Shown here piece after piece: positions 1 to 10,041 of a stretch of DNA of 63,924 bases. Within the stretch, counting starts at the first letter, position 1. Every line of letters begins with the position of its first letter. A program made the translations under genes and the position numbers. The notes beneath the pieces were generated by a model that was given only the letters and a program-made list of their open reading frames with translations, was not told the origin of the DNA and did not search any database. The DNA lies in contig JAHIKV010000324.1 in the NCBI GenBank assembly GCA_018897395.1, positions 1 to 63,924 of the forward strand, in the 5' to 3' direction. The DNA comes from Planctomycetota bacterium (GTDB taxonomy: Bacteria > Planctomycetota > Planctomycetia > Pirellulales > Thermoguttaceae).

Positions 1-1
1 C

Positions 2-337
2 TTCAACCTGATGGGGATCGACGCGATATCCAGCACCACCGTCATCGGCCACCTGATCGAGGAGGAGACGACGGTGGGCGACATCATTACGCTGCACGTC
101 ATGCAGAAAGGGAAGTTCGCGGTGGTCGAGGTCGATATGCCGGACACCGGCTGCAGTTCCTGCGCGCGCGCGATCAAGGACCTCGGCCTCCCGGAGAAGT
201 GCGTCCTGATCTCGATAATCAGAAACGAGGAGATGGTGATACCCCACGGCGACGTGAGACTTCAGCCGGGCGACTCGGTGATAGCGGTCACGTCGGTGGA
301 CAAGGAAAAGGAACTGAAGGAGATCCTCACCTCCTAG
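2..337 (+). CDS. TrkA-C (RCK_C) domain protein, C-terminal part; 5' end outside window
   Basis: Frame is open from the window edge to TAG 335-337. The peptide ...FAVVEVDMPDTG...CVLISIIRNEEMVIPHGDVRLQPGDSVIAVTS... has the TrkA-C/RCK_C pattern. Confidence 0.6.
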   Translation, partial: FNLMGIDAISSTTVIGHLIEEETTVGDIITLHVMQKGKFAVVEVDMPDTGCSSCARAIKDLGLPEKCVLISIIRNEEMVIPHGDVRLQPGDSVIAVTSVDKEKELKEILTS

Positions 338-338
338 T

Positions 339-983
339 TCAATCGGCGAACTCGCCGGTCACCATGTAATACACTTCCTCCCCGATGTTGACCGCGTGGT
401 CGGCAACCCTCTCCAGGAATCGGGCCGTCATGACTACCCTTACCACCAGTTCCGTCTCATTCTCGCTCTCCCTGTCATAGGTGGTTAGAAACTCGCGGTT
501 GATACGGTCTACCGTGTCGTCCATCCTTACAAGCTTCTCTACCATGTCAGGGTCACGTTCCTTGAACGCGTCTATTGCCTTGGCCATTATCTTGATCGCC
601 CACCTGAACATCTCATCCATGTTCTCCTTTATCCAAGGTGACAGGGTGTACCGCCGTATATTCACTATCGCCTTGCAGATGTTGACGCAGTTGTCGGCGG
701 CACGCTCCAACTCCTGGGACATCCTCATGATGACCACGATCGTCCTCAGGTCTATCGCCACCGGTGCCTGCCTGGCCAGTAGTTCCATTCCACCCTCATC
801 GATACGCGTAACGTACTGGTCGATCTCGTCATCGCCCTCGATGATACGCCCGGCGGTCTCTATGTCACCATCCCTGAAGGCGACCTTTGTCCGCTCCAGG
901 ACCTCCAGCGTTGCGTTTGCCATCCGCAGCAACTCCAGGTACAGGTCGTCCAACTGCTCGTGGAACTCTTTTCTTCCTTCCAT
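339..983 (-). CDS. phoU: phosphate transport system regulator PhoU
   Basis: ORF 339..1106, started here at internal ATG 983 (MEGRKEFHEQLDDLYLELL...). It has two PhoU repeats, including ERAADN and ERVADHAVNIGE. It lies immediately downstream of pstB. Confidence 0.9.
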   Translation of the reverse strand: MEGRKEFHEQLDDLYLELLRMANATLEVLERTKVAFRDGDIETAGRIIEGDDEIDQYVTRIDEGGMELLARQAPVAIDLRTIVVIMRMSQELERAADNCVNICKAIVNIRRYTLSPWIKENMDEMFRWAIKIMAKAIDAFKERDPDMVEKLVRMDDTVDRINREFLTTYDRESENETELVVRVVMTARFLERVADHAVNIGEEVYYMVTGEFAD

Positions 984-1005
984 GCGAATACCTCTCTCGC
1001 TCCGG

Positions 1006-1890
1006 CTATCCAAACCTTCCCGTGATGTACCTCTCCGTCCGTTCGTCGACCGGGTTGGTGAACATATGGTTGGTATCCCCGAACTCCACCACCTTTCCCG
1101 GTTCACCCTGGTTCTCTATCATGACGAAAGCGGTAAAATCGCTCACCCTGGCCGCCTGCTGCATGTTGTGAGTAACGATGACCATTGTGTACCTCTCCTT
1201 CAGTTCCGCCAGTAGGTCCTCCACCCGCTGGGTCGCCACCGGGTCGAGCGCCGAGCACGGCTCGTCCAGTAGTATGACCTCCGGCTCTACCGCGAGAACG
1301 CGTGCGATGCACAGCCTCTGCTGCTGGCCCCCGGAGAGGTTCATCGCGGATCCCTTAAGTTTCCCCTTAACCTCTTCCCAGAGAGCCGCCTTCTTCAAGC
1401 TCTCCTCTACAACCCGGTTGAGTCTCTCCTTGTCCTTGACGCCGGACAGCCGCGGTCCATAGGCCACGTTGTCGTAGACGGTCTTGGGGAACGGGTTGGG
1501 CCTCTGAAACACCATGCCCACCGTTCTGCGCAGTTGAATAACGTCGTAGCCGGGGGCGTAGATGTCCTCGCCATCCAGCTTGACCTCACCGGTCACCCGG
1601 CACCCTTCGACCAGGTCGTTCATGCGGTTGAAGCAGCGCAGCAGCGAACTCTTCCCGCATCCGGAAGGGCCGATGATGGCGGTGATGCTCCTGCGGGGAA
1701 CCTGCACCGTGATATCCTCCAGCGCCTTGAATTCGCCGTACGACATAGACAGACTGTCTGTCGTTATCCTCGGTTCCGACTCTTTTGTGGGCTCTTCCAT
1801 CCGCGTCTCCCGTGTAAACGAATCGGCGCACCTGCGCGAGTACTCGGATATCCTCGTTTTCGTATCGTCTATTGGTGTCTCATCAACCAT
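1006..1890 (-). CDS. pstB: phosphate ABC transporter ATP-binding protein PstB
   Basis: Walker [13 protein letters not shown] signature LSGGQQQR, Walker [12 protein letters not shown]. The N-terminus is uncertain: the alternative ATG at 1800 gives a typical PstB length. Confidence 0.9.
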   Translation of the reverse strand: MVDETPIDDTKTRISEYSRRCADSFTRETRMEEPTKESEPRITTDSLSMSYGEFKALEDITVQVPRRSITAIIGPSGCGKSSLLRCFNRMNDLVEGCRVTGEVKLDGEDIYAPGYDVIQLRRTVGMVFQRPNPFPKTVYDNVAYGPRLSGVKDKERLNRVVEESLKKAALWEEVKGKLKGSAMNLSGGQQQRLCIARVLAVEPEVILLDEPCSALDPVATQRVEDLLAELKERYTMVIVTHNMQQAARVSDFTAFVMIENQGEPGKVVEFGDTNHMFTNPVDERTERYITGRFG

Positions 1891-2749
1891 CCGCGCCTCC
1901 GGCCAGCTTTTTCCTCTGGTAGTAACGCGCCAGTCTCCTGGCCAGGAAGTTCATGAGGAGCACCAGCAGCAGGAGAAACGCGGCCCCTCCGTCCACGACC
2001 CTGCGGAAATCTGGAATGAGGGCCTCCGTCTGCGCGTACCATATGTAACTCGCCAGGGGCGCGGCGGTATCCATTGGGCTCGTCGGGGCCTTTCTCACGA
2101 ACAGCCCCGCTGTATATACGATGGCGGCCGATTCGCCCAGTATCCTCCCGATGGTGAGCATGGTACCGGCCAGTATCCCCGGTGTCGCGGAAGGCAGCAC
2201 CACCTGCCTGACGGTGGTCCACCTGGTCGCCCCCAGGCTGAACGACGCTTCCCGGTACGTCCCGGGCACGGACCGAATGGACTCCTCTGAACTGCGCATC
2301 AATGTGGGCAGGTTCAGGATCGCGCAGGTAAACGCGCCCGCGATGAGCGAGTAGCCCCAGCCGAAATAGATCACGAAAAGCGTCATGCCGAAGATGCCGA
2401 ACACGATGGACGGCAGGCCGGCCAGGCTGTCGACACAGAAACGGATGGCGCCTGTCACCCTGCCTTCCCGCGAGTATTCCGCCAGGTATATCGCCGCGCC
2501 AAGAGAAACTGGAAGGGCTATCAGCAGGGTCAGTCCGGTGAGGTAAAGCGATGATATTATCATGGGAAAGATTCCTCCACCCTCCTTCATCGCCTCCGGC
2601 TTGCCCAGCAAAAACTTCGGGTTCAGGGCGGTCAGCAACCCGCGCCCGAATATCTGGAGGATGATGAAGAGCAGGACTCCTACGGTAATCCCCCCCAGAA
2701 GCCAGAAGACTATCGTTGCTATCCTGTCGGCCGTCTTCGGCTTCATCAT
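1883..2749 (-). CDS. pstA: phosphate ABC transporter permease PstA
   Basis: 288-aa polytopic permease with an EAA-loop-like region ([18 protein letters not shown]). Position between pstC and pstB; 4-nt overlap with pstC. Confidence 0.9.
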   Translation of the reverse strand: MMKPKTADRIATIVFWLLGGITVGVLLFIILQIFGRGLLTALNPKFLLGKPEAMKEGGGIFPMIISSLYLTGLTLLIALPVSLGAAIYLAEYSREGRVTGAIRFCVDSLAGLPSIVFGIFGMTLFVIYFGWGYSLIAGAFTCAILNLPTLMRSSEESIRSVPGTYREASFSLGATRWTTVRQVVLPSATPGILAGTMLTIGRILGESAAIVYTAGLFVRKAPTSPMDTAAPLASYIWYAQTEALIPDFRRVVDGGAAFLLLLVLLMNFLARRLARYYQRKKLAGGADG

Positions 2750-3657
2750 TTAACCTTCTTGTCGCGCGAGACCAGCTTCACACCAAGTATCAGCAGCATC
2801 ACCAGCAGGAGCAACACCAATCCCTGGGCGAAAAGCGCGGAGCGGAAAACGCCGGTTGACTCGCCCATATCGGTGATGATGCGGGAGGTCAAGGTACTGG
2901 TCCGCTCCGTCAGGGAGAACGCCAGTTGCCTGGCGTTACCCACCACCATCTGTACCGCCATGGTCTCCCCGATCGCCCTTCCCATGCCGAGTATGACCGC
3001 CACCAGGATACCTCTCCTGGCGGCGGGGAGCAGGGCGTGCCGTATCGTCTGCCACCTGGTCGCGCCCATCGCCAGCGAAGCCTCCTCCAACTCGTGCGGC
3101 AGGGACTTCAACGCCTCCATGCTCAGGACAACCACGGTCGGCAGCACCATCACCGCCAGTACGATGGAAGCGGCCAGGATGCCGTAGCCGGATGTGCCCG
3201 TCACCCTGGCTATGTAGGGGACCAGGAGCGTAAGGCCGAACCAGCCGATTATCACCGAGGGGATACCGGCAAGCATCTCGATACCCCTCCGGAGTATCCC
3301 CTCGATCCTTTCGGGAGCGATCTGGATTATAAAAACCGCCGTCCCTACACCAAGGGGCGCACCCAGGGCCATTCCCCCCAGCGTGGTAAGGATGGTACCG
3401 TTAAGGAAAGCCAGCATCCCGTAGCTCCCCGCCGAGGGGTCGGAGACATTGGGGGACCAGTTAGTTGTCAGCAGCGTAAACCCCTGGCTTCTTATCGCCG
3501 GAAGGCTCTCCTTGAATATGAAAAGGAGTATCAAGAGAACCGAGAAGATGGAGATCGAGGCCATGGCGAAAAGCGCGAACCTTATTACTCTCTCGCGCCC
3601 GCCGGCGCCGTTCGATCCTTTCATACCTTCGCCTTTCCAGCCTGCGCTACAACACAA
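2746..3657 (-). CDS. pstC: phosphate ABC transporter permease PstC
   Basis: 303-aa permease containing EASLAMGATRWQTIRHALLP. It is first of the two permease genes after pstS. The start may be the internal MKGSNG. Confidence 0.9.
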   Translation of the reverse strand: MCCSAGWKGEGMKGSNGAGGRERVIRFALFAMASISIFSVLLILLFIFKESLPAIRSQGFTLLTTNWSPNVSDPSAGSYGMLAFLNGTILTTLGGMALGAPLGVGTAVFIIQIAPERIEGILRRGIEMLAGIPSVIIGWFGLTLLVPYIARVTGTSGYGILAASIVLAVMVLPTVVVLSMEALKSLPHELEEASLAMGATRWQTIRHALLPAARRGILVAVILGMGRAIGETMAVQMVVGNARQLAFSLTERTSTLTSRIITDMGESTGVFRSALFAQGLVLLLLVMLLILGVKLVSRDKKVK

Positions 3658-3730
3658 GGCACGGGCGAGAAGAAAGGGGGATCTTCCCGCCCGCCCTGCC
3701 GGCTCAGTCGGAAACTAACCGATGACCTGC

Positions 3731-4621
3731 CTACTCGACTTCGCTTATCGGTATGTAGTCCTTGCTGACCACGTCGGTCTGGAACGCGTCGCTGAGCACG
3801 TAATCGATGTACCCCTTGACCGCACCCTCGGGCTCACCGTTGGTGAACATGTGCAGGTACCGCGCCAGGGGGTAGGTGTCGGCCTTGGCGTTTTCGATTG
3901 TGGGCTCGACCCCGTTGTAGTTGACCGGCTTCACCGAATCATTGATGTAACCGTACGACAGGTATCCGATTGAGTTGGCCGTCGACGCGACCGTCTCCCG
4001 CATTATCCCGTTGCTGTTTGTCTCGATCGCCGACTCGGCAGGCACTACCGGGGCGTCTTTGCTGGATCCCAGGGCCTCCTGGTCGAACATCTCCCGGGTC
4101 CCGGAAGCCTGGTCCCTTGACACCACGACGACCTCCGCGTCGGCTCCGCCTACCTCGCTCCAGTTCTTGATCGCGCCGGTGAAGAGGCCTTTCACCTGGT
4201 CAGTGGTGAGGTCGGTTACTGTTACGCCGGGGTTGACTACCACCGCGATTATGTCGAACGCGATCTTGTGGTCAACCAGGGCACCATCGTCCTCCTCGTC
4301 CTTTAGATCTCGAGAAGCGTTACCGATGTCCACAACGCCTTCCTTCACCTGAGTGATACCGGTGCTCGATCCACCGCCCTGGACCTCTACCGTTGCGTCG
4401 GGATTATCCTCCATAAAACCGGTTGCCGCCTCCTGCGCCAGTGGCAGCACAGTGGTGGAGCCGGACGCTTTCACCGTCCCCGAGTACTCGCCTTCCGTCT
4501 TCGCAGGGGTAGTACTCTCCTCTGTCTCGCCGTTGCCACATCCCACGGCTAACATCACCAGTAGCAGCGCCAGGATGACAACTCCTACCAGCAGCCCGTT
4601 TCTTGTACAATTCTTTCGCAT
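3731..4621 (-). CDS. pstS: phosphate-binding lipoprotein PstS
   Basis: Signal peptide with lipobox LAVGCG, then PBP-like ASGSTTVLPL and SRDQASGTRE motifs. It heads the pstSCAB-phoU operon. Confidence 0.9.
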   Translation of the reverse strand: MRKNCTRNGLLVGVVILALLLVMLAVGCGNGETEESTTPAKTEGEYSGTVKASGSTTVLPLAQEAATGFMEDNPDATVEVQGGGSSTGITQVKEGVVDIGNASRDLKDEEDDGALVDHKIAFDIIAVVVNPGVTVTDLTTDQVKGLFTGAIKNWSEVGGADAEVVVVSRDQASGTREMFDQEALGSSKDAPVVPAESAIETNSNGIMRETVASTANSIGYLSYGYINDSVKPVNYNGVEPTIENAKADTYPLARYLHMFTNGEPEGAVKGYIDYVLSDAFQTDVVSKDYIPISEVE

Positions 4622-4771
4622 TGATCCTCCTGTCGTTTGAATGAAATACTCCTGAACACGAGACCATTCCCGCCGTTATCTCTCCCGTATCTTTCTAGTG
4701 CCCCACGACTCCGTTCACCCCCTCTCGCACTTCCGTACACCACGTATTCAAGCAATTGAACGTTCAAAACG

Positions 4772-4821
4772 GGTTACGCCGCGGTAAGGGAACGGTTTGA
4801 TTTCGGTTAATAATGGGTTAA
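4772..4821 (-). promoter_or_regulatory. Pho-box-like array: five direct hexamers at exact 11-bp spacing upstream of pstS
   Basis: Plus-strand GGTTAC, GGTAAG, GGTTTG, GGTTAA and GGTTAA start at 4772, 4783, 4794, 4805 and 4816. On the pstS strand these read TTAACC-like repeats. A 12-bp palindrome TTGAACGTTCAA (4756-4767) lies between them and pstS. Confidence 0.55.
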
Positions 4822-4867
4822 GAAGAAACACGGCGGACCGGCGGGACGGCCGCCTCCTTCGCCGGTA

Positions 4868-6634
4868 TCAGGAAGCGGGCATTGTTACGCTGAACGTCGA
4901 CCCGTGGCCCTCGGTGCTCTCTACCGAGACCGACCCGCCGTGAAGCTCCACCACGTGCTTTACAATGGAGAGACCGAGTCCGGTGCCACCCGTCTCCCGG
5001 GAACGGGCCCGGTCCACCCTGTAGAACCTCTCGAAAACTTTGTCCTGCTCCATCGCGGGGATGCCGATGCCGGTGTCCCGGACGCGAATAACGAAACCGT
5101 CGTCAAGCCGGTCAAGCGTGATCTCCGCCTCGCCGCCCGCCTTGTTGTACTTCACAGCGTTATCCAGGAGGTTGGCGAACGCAGTCCCCATCATGTTCCT
5201 GTCCCCGACAACGTTCATTGGCCCATCGGGCCGCCCGAACTCGAGTTCGACCCGCTTGTTAGCGGCGGTGTCTGCGCACTCGCTGATGACTTCGTCAAGC
5301 AACCCCACCAGGTCAAATCCCTGCCGCTCCAGTAAGGCCTCGTCGGACTCGAGGTGGGACAGCACCAGGAGGTCCTCGATCGTCCTCATGAGTCTGTCAG
5401 ACTCTCTGTCCAGGTTGGCGATGAACCGGCGGGACGCCTCCTCGTCCTCCAGGGCCCCTTCCATCATCGCGTCCAGCGTCGCCCTGAGGTTCGACACCGG
5501 GGTTCGCAACTCGTGCGAAACGTTGGCCACGAAGTCTTTCCTCATCCTCTCCAGCCGGCGGGTAGAGGTAATATCCTCCAGAACGCAGACGACGCCCGCA
5601 GCGCCACCTCCGCTGGTTCTGATCGGGCTTGCCGCCATCCTCAACGTCATGTTCCTCGGGCTAGTTATGGTTATCTCCCCGCTTATGTCCTCTCCCGCGA
5701 ACGATTCCTCTACTGCATTATCAATGGCCCCGGCGGGGTGTATCTCGGTCATGGTCCTGCCCAGCGCGTCCTCCCTGGTGACCCCGAGTATCCTCTCGGC
5801 TACCGGGTTGATGAGCACCGCCTTCCGATCGGCGCCCAGCACCAGTATTCCCGCGTTGATGTTCACCAGGATGGCTTCCAGCCGGTCCCTCTCGCTCTCC
5901 AGTAACCGGTAGCTCTCCCTCGCTTTCCCGGCAATCGTATCGATGTCCACCGCGAAGCTCCGCAGCTCGGAGAGCTCCGGCTGAGGCATGGTCTCCAGAT
6001 CGTTACTGACCACTATCTGTTCCAGGCCCCTGCCTATCTCCTCCAGGTCGGCCGAAAGCGTCCTCTGTGTCCAGTAGGTGAGACCGAAGAGAACCATCAG
6101 CAGAAATACGAGGCCGGCAACCATTATCAGCCATGCCGGAGCCACGACCGGGACCAGGCCGCCCTCCTCTATGGCAACCCTGGCTACGCCCACCACGCCG
6201 TCCTCGGTCTCAATCGGAGCGGCGACGTATCTCATGTCCTTGTCAACGGTGGCCGAATACCTCACCGAGAGCGTTTCCTCTCCGGTGAGGGCCCCCTTAA
6301 CCTCGGGGCGGCCGGCGTGGTTGTCCATCTCCCCCGGGTCGGCCCATGAGTCCCCGAGGACGACACCGTCGGAATCGATAACCGTGAGTCTTTCTTCCGG
6401 CGAGAAAGGCACCTCCCGGAGGAGATTGCCTATCTCGTGGCTCTGGTTCTCCAGGAAGTACGGTCTCAGCAGGGCGGCGAGGTTTCTTGCCTCTATGCTC
6501 AAATGCTCTTCCTTCTCGCCACGCATCTGCGAGCGCAGGGGGAATATCAGTACTACCGCGATAATCGCTACGACAACGGTAACCGCGACCGCGTACCTGA
6601 AGAAAAGGATACCCTTCAGGCTCTTCACGAGCAC
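4868..6634 (-). CDS. phoR: PhoR-like sensor histidine kinase (TM-HAMP-PAS-HisKA-HATPase)
   Basis: H-box VSHELRTPV, N-box NLLDNAVKY, G-boxes DTGIGI and GGTGLGLSI. Overlaps the upstream response-regulator gene by 10 nt. Confidence 0.85.
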   Translation of the reverse strand: MLVKSLKGILFFRYAVAVTVVVAIIAVVLIFPLRSQMRGEKEEHLSIEARNLAALLRPYFLENQSHEIGNLLREVPFSPEERLTVIDSDGVVLGDSWADPGEMDNHAGRPEVKGALTGEETLSVRYSATVDKDMRYVAAPIETEDGVVGVARVAIEEGGLVPVVAPAWLIMVAGLVFLLMVLFGLTYWTQRTLSADLEEIGRGLEQIVVSNDLETMPQPELSELRSFAVDIDTIAGKARESYRLLESERDRLEAILVNINAGILVLGADRKAVLINPVAERILGVTREDALGRTMTEIHPAGAIDNAVEESFAGEDISGEITITSPRNMTLRMAASPIRTSGGGAAGVVCVLEDITSTRRLERMRKDFVANVSHELRTPVSNLRATLDAMMEGALEDEEASRRFIANLDRESDRLMRTIEDLLVLSHLESDEALLERQGFDLVGLLDEVISECADTAANKRVELEFGRPDGPMNVVGDRNMMGTAFANLLDNAVKYNKAGGEAEITLDRLDDGFVIRVRDTGIGIPAMEQDKVFERFYRVDRARSRETGGTGLGLSIVKHVVELHGGSVSVESTEGHGSTFSVTMPAS

Positions 6635-7317
6635 CCTCCCGGTTTCTCCAGTCTGTATCCCATTCCTCTTACGGTCACGATATATTGCGGACAGGCGGGG
6701 TCGTCCTCCAACTTCTCCCGCAGGTGACGGATGTGGACGTCCAGCGTCTTGGGGGAACCGTAGAACTCCCCGCTCCAGACCCTGTTGAGCAGGTACTCCC
6801 TGGACAGTGCCTTGCCAGGGCGCCGCATGAACGCCTCCAGGATACGGTACTCGAGGGGTGTAAGGTCCGCGATCTCTCGGTTAAGAAACACCTGGTGCTT
6901 CTCCAAGTCCATGGTGATCCCGCCACATTCGAACTCTCGCTCCTCCTCTTCCCGGTTGTCCCCCCGCCGCAGGACAGCCTTTATCCTGGCGATCAGCTTC
7001 CGGGTGTTAAATGGCTTCGTCACGTAATCGTCGGCCCCCATCTCCAGGCCCAGCACCTCGTCAATATCGGAGTCCTTCGCGGTCAACATCAGGATGGGGA
7101 CCGCAGAGACGCTCCTTATCCTCTTGCACACCTCCAGGCCGTCGACTACCGGCAGCATAAGGTCGAGCAGGATAAGGTCGGCGCCGTCGGTCTTGAACAT
7201 GTCCAGACCCTTCGCGCCGTCGGTCGCGACATCAACCCGGTACCCTTCTTTCTCCAGGGTGTACATGAGCGCCTCCGCCATGGACGGCTCATCTTCGATT
7301 ATCAATATCCTCTTCAC
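6625..7317 (-). CDS. phoB: OmpR/PhoB-family response regulator
   Basis: REC domain (ILIIEDEP, LILLDLMLPVVDG, LTAKD) plus winged-helix C-terminus (LTPLEYRILEAF, TLDVHIRHLREKLE, RGMGYRL). Confidence 0.9.
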   Translation of the reverse strand: MKRILIIEDEPSMAEALMYTLEKEGYRVDVATDGAKGLDMFKTDGADLILLDLMLPVVDGLEVCKRIRSVSAVPILMLTAKDSDIDEVLGLEMGADDYVTKPFNTRKLIARIKAVLRRGDNREEEEREFECGGITMDLEKHQVFLNREIADLTPLEYRILEAFMRRPGKALSREYLLNRVWSGEFYGSPKTLDVHIRHLREKLEDDPACPQYIVTVRGMGYRLEKPGGCS

Positions 7318-7387
7318 CCTAACCCCCTCAGAATAATAGTAGCACCCCGGCGGCGTGTTTATTACCCCAACAAGGTAACGAGCTTAA

Positions 7388-7627
7388 CACTCTGACATAT
7401 TACTCGACCACCGCTTAATCCCCGCATTTTACACCGGCGCCGTACCGGGTATATTATTTGGGATAACCGCCATGATAAAGCTGGACGGAGCGGATACCTG
7501 GATAGTGGGGACCATAACCGATATCGACTGGGAGGATGTCGAGGTCGGGATGAAGGTCAAGTCGGTCTGGGTGGATGAACCGGCGGGCAAGCTGAACGAC
7601 ATAGACCACTTCGAGCCTACACCTTGA
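7388..7627 (+). pseudogene. 3' remnant of a DUF35-type OB-fold protein gene
   Basis: Open frame after a stop at 7385-7387. It reads ...PGILFGITAMIKLDGADTWIVGTITDIDWEDVEVGMKVKSVWVDEPAGKLNDIDHFEPTP*, which resembles only the C-terminal OB-fold of DUF35 proteins. No N-terminal Zn-ribbon part is present. Confidence 0.4.
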
Positions 7628-7654
7628 TGGGCGACACTCCTTTCGCCCATGGGG

Positions 7655-8413
7655 CTAGGGCCCGGCCTCAAGCTCCGCCTCGTAGACTCGGTTGAAGCGG
7701 TCCATCTCCGGCGTCAGCAGGCGACCGGGCCGCCGGGCACGGCCGAAGTCGGCGTACTCCCTGAACCGCAGAACCGGCCAGGGGCGGCCCCTCGCCGCCA
7801 GCGAGAGCTTCAGTTGGGGGTTCACCATCACCGGGTGCCCCACCGCCTCCAGGAGCGGCAGGTCGCTCGCGCTGTCCGAGTAGAAGTAGCAGTCCGCCAT
7901 GTCCGAGCCACGCGACTCGCAGTAGGAGCGGGCCATCTTCAGTTTGCCCTCCATGAAAGCGGTAGGGCCCTCCATCTCGGTGGATATGCGGTCACCCTCG
8001 ATCGGTATCGGCGTCGCTATCACGTCGTGGGCCCCCAGTTGAGCCCGCACTCTCTCGGCTATGTACTCCCCGGCGGCGGTGGCCACGACGGTCCTGTGCC
8101 CCTTCTCCTTATGCATCGAGACCAGCCGCGCCCCCTCCCGGTACAGGCGCGGCATTATGGACTCCTCGAACCCCCTGTCCATCATCTCTATCATCTCCAG
8201 GACCGTGTACCGGCCCATGATGCTCAGGACCCTGCGGTAGACCTCCCGCCCGGGCAGGCAGTTGAGCTTGTAGAGTATCGTGTACCACGCCATCCAGAAG
8301 AGCATGCTCTTCTTCATGAACCCTTCTTTCACCATTACCAGCGCATAGATATTTCCGTTTGCGCCGTCCAACAGTGTGTGGTCGAGGTCGAAGAACGCGA
8401 CTACCTCTTTCAC
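7655..8413 (-). CDS. HAD-IB family hydrolase
   Basis: Motif I FFDLDHTLL, motif IV-like YSDSASDLPLL, and a cap region typical of the SerB-like HAD subfamily IB. Confidence 0.8.
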   Translation of the reverse strand: MKEVVAFFDLDHTLLDGANGNIYALVMVKEGFMKKSMLFWMAWYTILYKLNCLPGREVYRRVLSIMGRYTVLEMIEMMDRGFEESIMPRLYREGARLVSMHKEKGHRTVVATAAGEYIAERVRAQLGAHDVIATPIPIEGDRISTEMEGPTAFMEGKLKMARSYCESRGSDMADCYFYSDSASDLPLLEAVGHPVMVNPQLKLSLAARGRPWPVLRFREYADFGRARRPGRLLTPEMDRFNRVYEAELEAGP

Positions 8414-8460
8414 CAGGCTCCTCCTCTATCTCGATACCCGTCAGTGATGTACTGTGCCAC

Positions 8461-9378
8461 CTACTGGTAGACCGTCTTGCAGGAGTCCTCGGTGTACACC
8501 TTCTTGGCGGCGGCGCCCCCCTCCTTGCGGAGCGAGAGTATGACCGCCCCACCGATTATTAGAAAGATGGATGCCAGGCGGAAGAACCCCATGAGAGCGC
8601 CCGATGGGAATGGCTCGTGAAACGCCAGGAATCCCACCACGGTCGGTATCAGGTTGCTGAAACCGGTCACCAGGGGAACGACAACTATGGCGGCACCCCT
8701 CTGGAGCGCGGTCTGGAAAAATACCATCGCGATAATCGTGAATACCACCGCCATCCAGAAGTACGAGGAGTAGAGGACGCCGGCGACCCTGTACTCGGCC
8801 CACCTGTTGGCCACGTCCATCCAGGCGATCTTGGTCAGTATCGCGGTCAAACCCACCAGCATGCCGACCCCGATGCCGAGGAACGATGAGGCCCTCTCGT
8901 CCTTTCTCACGAAAGCGGCTGTCAGCGTGGACACCGAAACCGCCATCATCAGGAGTATGAAGAACCAGAGGATCACGGAGTGGTACTTCAGCTCTACGCT
9001 GGGTGTGTTGACCAGGCTTATCCCAAGCAGGACAACCCCCAGGACGATCGAACCGATTCCCACCCAATCAACCACCGATGCCTTTTCATGGAGCTTCGTC
9101 ACCGCTAGTATCACCAGCAGGCATATCCCCGAGGCGTTTATCGGCTGGACCACCGAGAGGGGCGCCAGGCCCACCGCGACGTTATGGGTCCAGGCGCCGA
9201 GTATCTGTATTCCCTGCGCCTTGAGCCACGGCCGGCAGTTCAGGAACGCCCGAATCGTGCGAAGGGCCGACTCTGAGCCGATCCTCGGAAGATCCTCGAG
9301 CTGTTGTTTCTGCAGGTAGTTGCTGTAGTTGATCAACACTGTGGCCACCACCGCCAGCAGTGCGCCTATCGCCAGCAT
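8461..9378 (-). CDS. DMT-superfamily (NIPA/EamA-like) membrane transporter
   Basis: 305 aa with about 9 hydrophobic segments. The family call is by overall pattern only. Confidence 0.55.
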   Translation of the reverse strand: MLAIGALLAVVATVLINYSNYLQKQQLEDLPRIGSESALRTIRAFLNCRPWLKAQGIQILGAWTHNVAVGLAPLSVVQPINASGICLLVILAVTKLHEKASVVDWVGIGSIVLGVVLLGISLVNTPSVELKYHSVILWFFILLMMAVSVSTLTAAFVRKDERASSFLGIGVGMLVGLTAILTKIAWMDVANRWAEYRVAGVLYSSYFWMAVVFTIIAMVFFQTALQRGAAIVVVPLVTGFSNLIPTVVGFLAFHEPFPSGALMGFFRLASIFLIIGGAVILSLRKEGGAAAKKVYTEDSCKTVYQ

Positions 9379-9400
9379 CGATGCCTCCTTAATGGAACAC

Positions 9401-9433
9401 TAACCAGGAATCCTAACCGGGAATCCTAACCGG
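9401..9433. repeat. 13-bp tandem repeat (2.5 copies) upstream of the transporter gene
   Basis: TAACCAGGAATCC / TAACCGGGAATCC / TAACCGG, 23 nt upstream of start codon 9378. Confidence 0.6.
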
Positions 9434-9488
9434 TTTCGCGCATGTCCGCAAGAAGAAGTGCCGGTGGGCTTGTCTACGGGGGAGGGGT

Positions 9489-9851
9489 CTACTTGGAGGC
9501 TTTTTCTTTTTCCAACCTTGCCCGTGCCGTCTTGACCATGTCCTCGCAGACATACTCCTTACAGACGACAGGCTGAAAGCGCACCTTGAGGAGGCAGTGG
9601 CCGGTCACCGTGTCCCTGTAGCGGCACGGTTCAGCCCACATCCAGTCCCGCTCGAAGCCGAAACGCTCCTTCTCGTCCTCTAGAAGGGCTATTCGCCCCT
9701 CCTCGTTCGGCCTCTCGCAGCACCACCCCTCACACTCCACGCAGGCATCCATGCCCAGCCTCTGACACCGCCGGCACAGGTGAGGCTCCATGTCCCAGTA
9801 GATCTTGTTGAACTCGCGCCCGCAGGCGTCACACTTGACCTTCATAGACAA
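9489..9851 (-). CDS. YkgJ-like cysteine-cluster (putative Fe-S/Zn) protein
   Basis: 120 aa with 15 Cys, including CDAC, CRRC and CVECEGWCC clusters. Confidence 0.5.
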   Translation of the reverse strand: MSMKVKCDACGREFNKIYWDMEPHLCRRCQRLGMDACVECEGWCCERPNEEGRIALLEDEKERFGFERDWMWAEPCRYRDTVTGHCLLKVRFQPVVCKEYVCEDMVKTARARLEKEKASK

Positions 9852-10001
9852 CCTTCATTACTCGTTTCGGCCGGATAGTGATTGTACCTCATCCTCAGTT
9901 TGGTTAGAAACAGGCGTCCGCGCAAGATGGTGACAGGCACCAACGCAACTACTTTAGACGTAATCGACATAGGTAGGCCCTCACGGGCTGTCCCTGTCAC
10001 A

Positions 10002-10031
10002 CCACCGTGCATACGGGTCCGTACACGGCGG
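10002..10031 (-). ncRNA. group II intron domain V
   Basis: RNA CCGCCGUG-UACG-GACC-CGUA-UG-CACGGUGG: an 8-bp lower helix, a 2-nt 3' bulge, a 4-bp upper helix and a tetraloop. The 5' strand carries CGC where most introns have AGC, as in class C introns. Confidence 0.65.
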
Positions 10032-10041
10032 TTCGGTAAGG

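Noticed and set aside
481-2290. Several 140-244-aa plus-strand ORFs over phoU/pstB/pstA
   Set aside because: They lie antisense to well-supported pst and phoU genes. The translations are Ser/Arg-rich nonsense.
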